A stretch of DNA of 33,883 nt from an uncultured bacterium. GTDB taxonomy: Bacteria > Patescibacteriota > Gracilibacteria > UBA4473. Positions 33,539 through 33,883 of the stretch are shown here, in pieces; positions within the stretch are counted from its first letter, which is position 1, and each line of letters begins with the position of its first letter. The stretch spans positions 1 to 33,883 of the forward strand of contig CAMZKS010000101.1 in assembly GCA_947311285.1 (NCBI GenBank), given 5' to 3'. A program made the translations under genes and the position numbers. The notes under the pieces are model-generated. The model saw nothing but the letters and a program-made list of their open reading frames with translations, was not told the DNA's origin and ran no database searches.

Positions 33539-33883
33539 ATGGATTTTGTTGTTATTGGGACTGCTAATCTTAACTCAGGTAAGTACAGCAAAAGTGCTGC
33601 CAGTGCCGCAATCTGGCATTAATTGGCAAAAATCAACTTTGAGTATTCTTCGGTTTCAGCCGAGTGATCCGAGTCACCGAGACTTCTTTAGTTGTTTTGG
33701 GACGAGCTATGAAAATCTTCCGCTTGAAATGAGCTTAGACGAGATGGGGTTTAATAGTCCGGATAGTGGTCCTTTAACTTTAAATCAGATACTTAGCTCT
33801 CAGGCCTGTTTCCAGCAGTCTGGTTGGTATGAAGTGTTGGTTAAGGTTTTTGATTATGCGGGAAATAAAAGTGATTATGAAAC
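33528..33883 (+). CDS. Secreted hypothetical protein, N-terminal fragment (3' end outside window)
   Basis: This ORF has no stop in the window and is absent from the ORF track. ATG 33528 gives MKNKWILLLLGLLILTQVSTAKV... (signal peptide) and stays open to the window end. It ends with VFDYAGNKSDYE, echoing the D.AGN motif of the upstream protein, and overlaps that gene by 11 nt. Confidence 0.6.
   Translation, partial: MKNKWILLLLGLLILTQVSTAKVLPVPQSGINWQKSTLSILRFQPSDPSHRDFFSCFGTSYENLPLEMSLDEMGFNSPDSGPLTLNQILSSQACFQQSGWYEVLVKVFDYAGNKSDYE

Noticed and set aside
1-33883. CRISPR arrays, rRNA or tRNA genes, transposases or IS elements, reverse transcriptase or DGR, and known defence ATPases or nucleases
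   Set aside because: I scanned all intergenic regions of 70 nt or more and the ORF translations. I found no regularly spaced direct repeats, no tRNA cloverleaf candidates, no DDE or HUH motifs, no YxDD, and no Walker-A proteins other than EF-Tu and GuaA. A covariance-model scan (tRNAscan-SE, Rfam) would be the decisive check.

Overview
Both strands are densely coding, with about 42% GC by eye and the standard genetic code. The window looks like a small-genome, CPR/Patescibacteria-like bacterium, but that lineage call is an inference, not a database result. Supporting traits are no rpmD (L30) between rpsE and rplO, long low-complexity tails on S5, no Shine-Dalgarno motifs, and very large secreted or envelope proteins.

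Content from left to right:
- The distal spc block rpsH'-rplF-rplR-rpsE-rplO on the + strand (1-2341).
- About 7 kb of unrelated cargo (2342-9338): a secreted HExxH protein, a nucleotidyltransferase coupled to an EamA transporter, an FdtA-like sugar isomerase, an acidic lipoprotein, a XerC/D-family tyrosine recombinase, fbp, an EVE-domain protein, a RelE/ParE-type toxin-antitoxin pair and a small orphan ORF.
- tuf, an inserted small membrane gene, and the S10 block rpsJ-rplC-rplD-rplW-rplB-rpsS-rplV-rpsC on the - strand (9339-15240).
- guaA (long form), ribD and a 1193-aa class A PBP on the - strand.
- rpe, a flavodoxin-like oxidoreductase, ribE, yidD, an M50 site-2 protease and rplY on the + strand.
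- A GT2 glycosyltransferase and a malic enzyme.
- An envelope cluster of S41 protease, VanW protein, an 802-aa cysteine-rich surface protein and a further secreted protein that runs off the window.

I found no rRNA, tRNA, CRISPR array, transposase, reverse transcriptase or recognisable defence ATPase or nuclease.

The most notable observations:
1. The normally contiguous S10-spc ribosomal cluster is broken after rpsC, and its two halves converge on the 7 kb of cargo.
2. A 3.4-kb part of that cargo starts with the tyrosine recombinase and is bracketed by two near-identical hairpin repeats.
3. The translationally coupled protease/VanW/surface-protein cluster lies at the right end.

I cannot show that any of these is a truly new system. 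They are leads, not demonstrations.
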